Shown: in pieces, positions 60,735-64,000 of the stretch
How the letters are laid out: every line of letters starts with the position of its first letter
Numbering within the stretch: the first letter of the stretch is position 1
Origin: Candidatus Entotheonellaceae bacterium
GTDB lineage: Bacteria > Tectomicrobia > Entotheonellia > Entotheonellales > Entotheonellaceae
Direction: 5' to 3'
Assembly: GCA_965238075.1 (NCBI GenBank)
Contig: OZ250173.1
Coordinates: forward strand, 1,088,001 to 1,152,000
DNA: 64,000 bases
Notes under the pieces: model-generated
Databases searched by the model: none
The model's input: only the letters and a program-made list of their open reading frames with translations
Told to the model about the DNA's origin: nothing
Program-made: the position numbers and the translations under genes

Positions 60735-62243
60735 CTACACTTGCACGAAGCCGTAAGCGGCGTTGCTGCGATTGCGGTAGAAGCCGCCGGACTGGTGATA
60801 TTCCTCCCTGATCTGCGCGTAGGTGTCCTGCGAGATCGGTCCGCGGGCGGTGCGCAGGTCGAGGCCGAACATCTTGGCCGAGTTGAGGCCGAAGATGGCG
60901 TTCTTGACCATCGAGTCCGCGGCCCCCAAGGGCGCGAAGCCGTGCTTGCGCTGGAGGTCCTCGGGGATTTCCAGGCGCCGCAGCGCCTCGATTTCCCACT
61001 GCGGCGAGCCGTAGAACGGCGCCTCGCTGCCCCAGATGACGTGCTCCGCCCCCATGCCCTTGATGAGGGTGCCCACCAGGCCCGCGGCCAGACGCGGGTG
61101 CGTGACGCAGCAGTTGGCGAACACCGTGCCCAGCTCGGCATACACGTTGCTCACGCCGTATTCCTCGGGAATCCTGGCGAGGTCGGTGGCCCAGCGAATC
61201 TCCCCGGTCTGCTCGAAGAGCTCGAGCTGCGGGTCGGGAAGCTCCAGGAATGGCTGGCACGCCGAGTGATAGATGATGAAGTTCAACTGCGGCCAATCCT
61301 TCGCCACCTTGCCCACGTCCCACGGGGTGGCGTACTGCCAGGTACCGGCGCGGCTCTGCATGAAGTCCAGCGGCAGCAGGCCCTTGTGCACCGCCACGTT
61401 GGTGATGCCGGCCTTCACCATCTTTTCGTAGGTGCCGTACATCAGCTTCTCGTCATCAAGCCGCCAGGGGTAATTCGAGGTGCCGAACGGGTCGCCGATG
61501 GTGTACAGCTTCCAGGCGTCCGGCTTATGCACTGCGATGGCCTCGTCCACTTCCTCTTCCCAGCCGGCTTGCGTCGGCCGCAGCACCGCGTGGCTCAGCA
61601 TGCGCCGGCTGCCGCTGATGCTGTTGACGATATCACGGGCGCGCACCATCTGGTCGTTGTGAACCAGGATCCAGGTAGGATCGTCGAAGGGAGCGCCCGA
61701 CAGCAACGCAACGTCGGTATCGCTGTCGACGAAAATCTCCTTCACGTAGTTCTCGAACTTGACCATCCACAGTTCCTGGTGGTCCGGGTCGAGCAGTTCG
61801 TTATTCGGGTTCCAGTGCGTGCCGGCAAATTTGCGCAAGCCCAGGGCCTCCTCGTGCATGAAGTCGTCGCGCACGAAATGGGTCTGGGCATCGAAAATGA
61901 ACTGGTGCTTCAGGCCCTCGGCGCGGGCCATCACCACCTCGGGGTCGGCAGCCTCGGCCTGATCCACCGTGAACACCGGCCCGAACACGTCGTTCAGCGC
62001 CAGGAACGCCGCCGCCATGCCGCAGCTCGAACGCAGGAATTCGCGCCGATCCATGCCTAGCTTCTTGCCATAGGTATCGGCCAAATCCTGGATTCTGGCC
62101 TCGAACTGCCCCTGCTTCTCCGTCTGCGGCAGGGGGTCGAACTCACCGTTGGAAATGATGCGGGTGGGAATGGGAGAACGAAGATCCTCGCGCTCCGCGT
62201 GCTGAAGTTTGTCCAGTTCCTCTTTGCTCAGAAAGTATGCCAT
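60735..62243 (-). CDS. Amidohydrolase-family (TIM-barrel metallo-hydrolase) protein
   Basis: FDAQTHF, HKG, IIYHS, YAELG, VIWGSE; start MAYFLSK at 62243 with GGGAG RBS. Confidence 0.85.
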   Translation of the reverse strand: MAYFLSKEELDKLQHAEREDLRSPIPTRIISNGEFDPLPQTEKQGQFEARIQDLADTYGKKLGMDRREFLRSSCGMAAAFLALNDVFGPVFTVDQAEAADPEVVMARAEGLKHQFIFDAQTHFVRDDFMHEEALGLRKFAGTHWNPNNELLDPDHQELWMVKFENYVKEIFVDSDTDVALLSGAPFDDPTWILVHNDQMVRARDIVNSISGSRRMLSHAVLRPTQAGWEEEVDEAIAVHKPDAWKLYTIGDPFGTSNYPWRLDDEKLMYGTYEKMVKAGITNVAVHKGLLPLDFMQSRAGTWQYATPWDVGKVAKDWPQLNFIIYHSACQPFLELPDPQLELFEQTGEIRWATDLARIPEEYGVSNVYAELGTVFANCCVTHPRLAAGLVGTLIKGMGAEHVIWGSEAPFYGSPQWEIEALRRLEIPEDLQRKHGFAPLGAADSMVKNAIFGLNSAKMFGLDLRTARGPISQDTYAQIREEYHQSGGFYRNRSNAAYGFVQV

Positions 62244-62483
62244 TTCCCGTCTCCCTATTTTCCAAAAGATGGTGAATCGTACTGAGGGGCGGCATCTTAA
62301 GGGATACGCGAGGTGGTGTCCATGAGGAGGAATTCGAGAGTCGGAAAGCGGGCGCGGGTGGCTGTCCTGGCGCTCTTGACCGCCTTGTAACGGGGGGATG
62401 GCCTGTGGCATCATGCCGTTCCCTGTTGGAGGCTTCGGAGACAAAAACCGGCCCGTTTTTTGCGGCTTGCAAGGAGGGTTATC

Positions 62484-63692
62484 GTGCCTGGTCCCCTGGA
62501 CGGTATTCGCGTCATCGACGTCACCACGGTCCTGCTTGGCCCCTACGCCACCCAGATTCTGGGGGACATGGGGGCCGACGTGATCAAGGTGGAAGCACCG
62601 CCCACGGGTGACATCGCGCGCGACATGGGCACGGTGCGCCGCGCCGGCATGGGCGGCATCTATCTCAACGCCAATCGCAACAAGCGTTCGCTGGCCCTCG
62701 ATCTGAAGCAGGAAGCGGGCTGCGAGGTGCTGCGCCGCCTGATTCCGACCGCGGACGTGTTCGTGCACAACATGCGTCCGCAGGCCATCGAACGCCTCGG
62801 TTTCGGTTACACGGCGGTGGCGAGGCTGAAGCCGGACGTGGTGTACGTCGGGGCGTACGGATTCGGGCAGGACGGCCCGTACCGCGACAAGCCCGCTTAC
62901 GACGACGCAATCCAGGCCGCCTCGGGCTTGGCCAGCCTGTTCAAGCGGCAGGACGGAGAGGCGCGCTACGTGCCTTCCACCATCGCCGATAAGATTGTCG
63001 GATTGACGCTCAGCCAAGCGGTGGCCATGGCGCTGGTGCACAGGGAGCGGACGGGAGAAGGGCAGTCCGTCGAGGTCCCCATGCTGGAAACGATGGTGGC
63101 GTTCAATCTGATGGAGCACCTCGACGGCTGTGCCTATGAACCGCCCATGGCTCCGCTTGGCTACCAACGGGTGTTGACGCCGGCACGGCGGCCATTTCCG
63201 ACCCGCGACGGCCATGTGTGCATCCTGCCGTACAGCGACAAACAGTGGCGCGGATTCTTCAACGCTGTTGGGTGCCCGGAGTTGATGGAAGAGCCGCGCT
63301 TCGCCACCTACCGGGCGCGGGTGACGAGCGTCGACGACCTGTACGGCTTCGTCGCCAGTGTTACGCCGCAGAAGACCACCGCCGAGTGGGTGGCGATATG
63401 CGAAGAGGCCCAGATTCCCTGCATGCCGGTCGTCGATCTCGAGGACCTGATGCAGGACGAACATCTGCTGGCCGTCGGCATGTTCGAGAAGCACCACCAC
63501 CCAAGCGAGGGCGATACCCTGCTGGTGCGTCCGCCGGTCAAATTTTCAAAATCCCCGGGCAGCATCCGCAGCCACGCACCGCGCTTCGGCGAGCACGGGG
63601 TCGAGATTGCATACCAGCTGGGCTACAGCGCGGCGGACATCGCGGCGATGCAGGCGTCGGGCGCCCTGATCGCGGACGGCGGCAACGCGTAG
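62484..63692 (+). CDS. Family III CoA transferase (CaiB/BaiF)
   Basis: PLDGIRVID, GADVIKVE, NRNKRSLALDLK, GFGQDGPY, AYD; AAGGAGG RBS. Confidence 0.93.
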   Translation: MPGPLDGIRVIDVTTVLLGPYATQILGDMGADVIKVEAPPTGDIARDMGTVRRAGMGGIYLNANRNKRSLALDLKQEAGCEVLRRLIPTADVFVHNMRPQAIERLGFGYTAVARLKPDVVYVGAYGFGQDGPYRDKPAYDDAIQAASGLASLFKRQDGEARYVPSTIADKIVGLTLSQAVAMALVHRERTGEGQSVEVPMLETMVAFNLMEHLDGCAYEPPMAPLGYQRVLTPARRPFPTRDGHVCILPYSDKQWRGFFNAVGCPELMEEPRFATYRARVTSVDDLYGFVASVTPQKTTAEWVAICEEAQIPCMPVVDLEDLMQDEHLLAVGMFEKHHHPSEGDTLLVRPPVKFSKSPGSIRSHAPRFGEHGVEIAYQLGYSAADIAAMQASGALIADGGNA

Positions 63693-63757
63693 CGCGGGTG
63701 CCTTCCCCATCCATCGCCAACCGGAACCGAGTTCCGGAAATTTGTAGAGGCGGCCGT

Positions 63758-64000
63758 ATGACGCAAGCGACCGATGCGCTTCTCGACAAGATGGTTAAAG
63801 CCATCGTGGATGAGGTGGACCCGGAACAGGTGATCCTGTTCGGCTCCCGCGCGCGGCGATGCGGCAGCGGACTCGGATATGGACTTGGTTGTCGTGGAGA
63901 TTCAGCCCTTTGGGGCCGGCAGGGACCGCCGCGCCGAAGCCGTTCGCCTATGGCGCGCCTTGGCGGCCTTCGACATGCCGACGGACCTGCTGGTTTACAG
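63758..64000 (+). pseudogene. Minimal nucleotidyltransferase (MNT antitoxin-like), frameshifted, runs off the window end
   Basis: DPEQVILFGSRA then frame change to GDAAADSDMDLVVV (GSxxxGxxxxxSDxD motif) at a CG-repeat around 63848-63855. Confidence 0.75.

Noticed and set aside
60735-63500. 921-aa minus-strand ORF suggesting a large fusion
   Set aside because: The first 419 codons are mostly antisense to the CoA transferase; the amidohydrolase has its own RBS and start at 62243

Overview
GC-rich bacterial chromosomal window, mostly housekeeping genes: end of a liv ABC operon, a partial complex I cluster (nuoB-C-I-D), iscS/iscU, murU-amgK-comF, a CCA-adding enzyme, rlmN-coaD-aspC, comEC, aspS-era-recO-argS, hom-lysC-ppdK, ribD-ribBA-ribH-nusB, an ECF sigma/anti-sigma pair, trpDCF, leuB, an asd-like gene, mtnP, hemL, ftsB and pgk. 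It also holds three tRNAs (Leu-CAG, Glu-CTC, Gln-CTG), a VapBC-type toxin-antitoxin pair, an IS5 remnant and several REP-like repeats. Gene content suggests a deep-branching Gram-negative lineage such as Tectomicrobia or a relative of the former Deltaproteobacteria (inference only). The most notable hidden feature is a selenoprotein that the ORF track splits in two: 19274..19813 reads through an in-frame TGA in a U-G-S-C motif followed by a SECIS-like hairpin, in an operon with an uncharacterised partner protein and a HIT hydrolase. Other oddities are a NuoB with a triple C-terminal repeat, two archaeal-looking genes (FAU-1-like RNase, PGK), an Asd homolog without its catalytic Cys, a probable vestige of a lost ribE, a GA-hairpin repeat inside recO and at the end of ribH, a terminator-containing leader upstream of the CCA enzyme, an unannotated 38-aa basic peptide, and a pair of coiled-coil/TM paralogs, one frameshifted. 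All family assignments come from motif recognition by eye; no searches were run.
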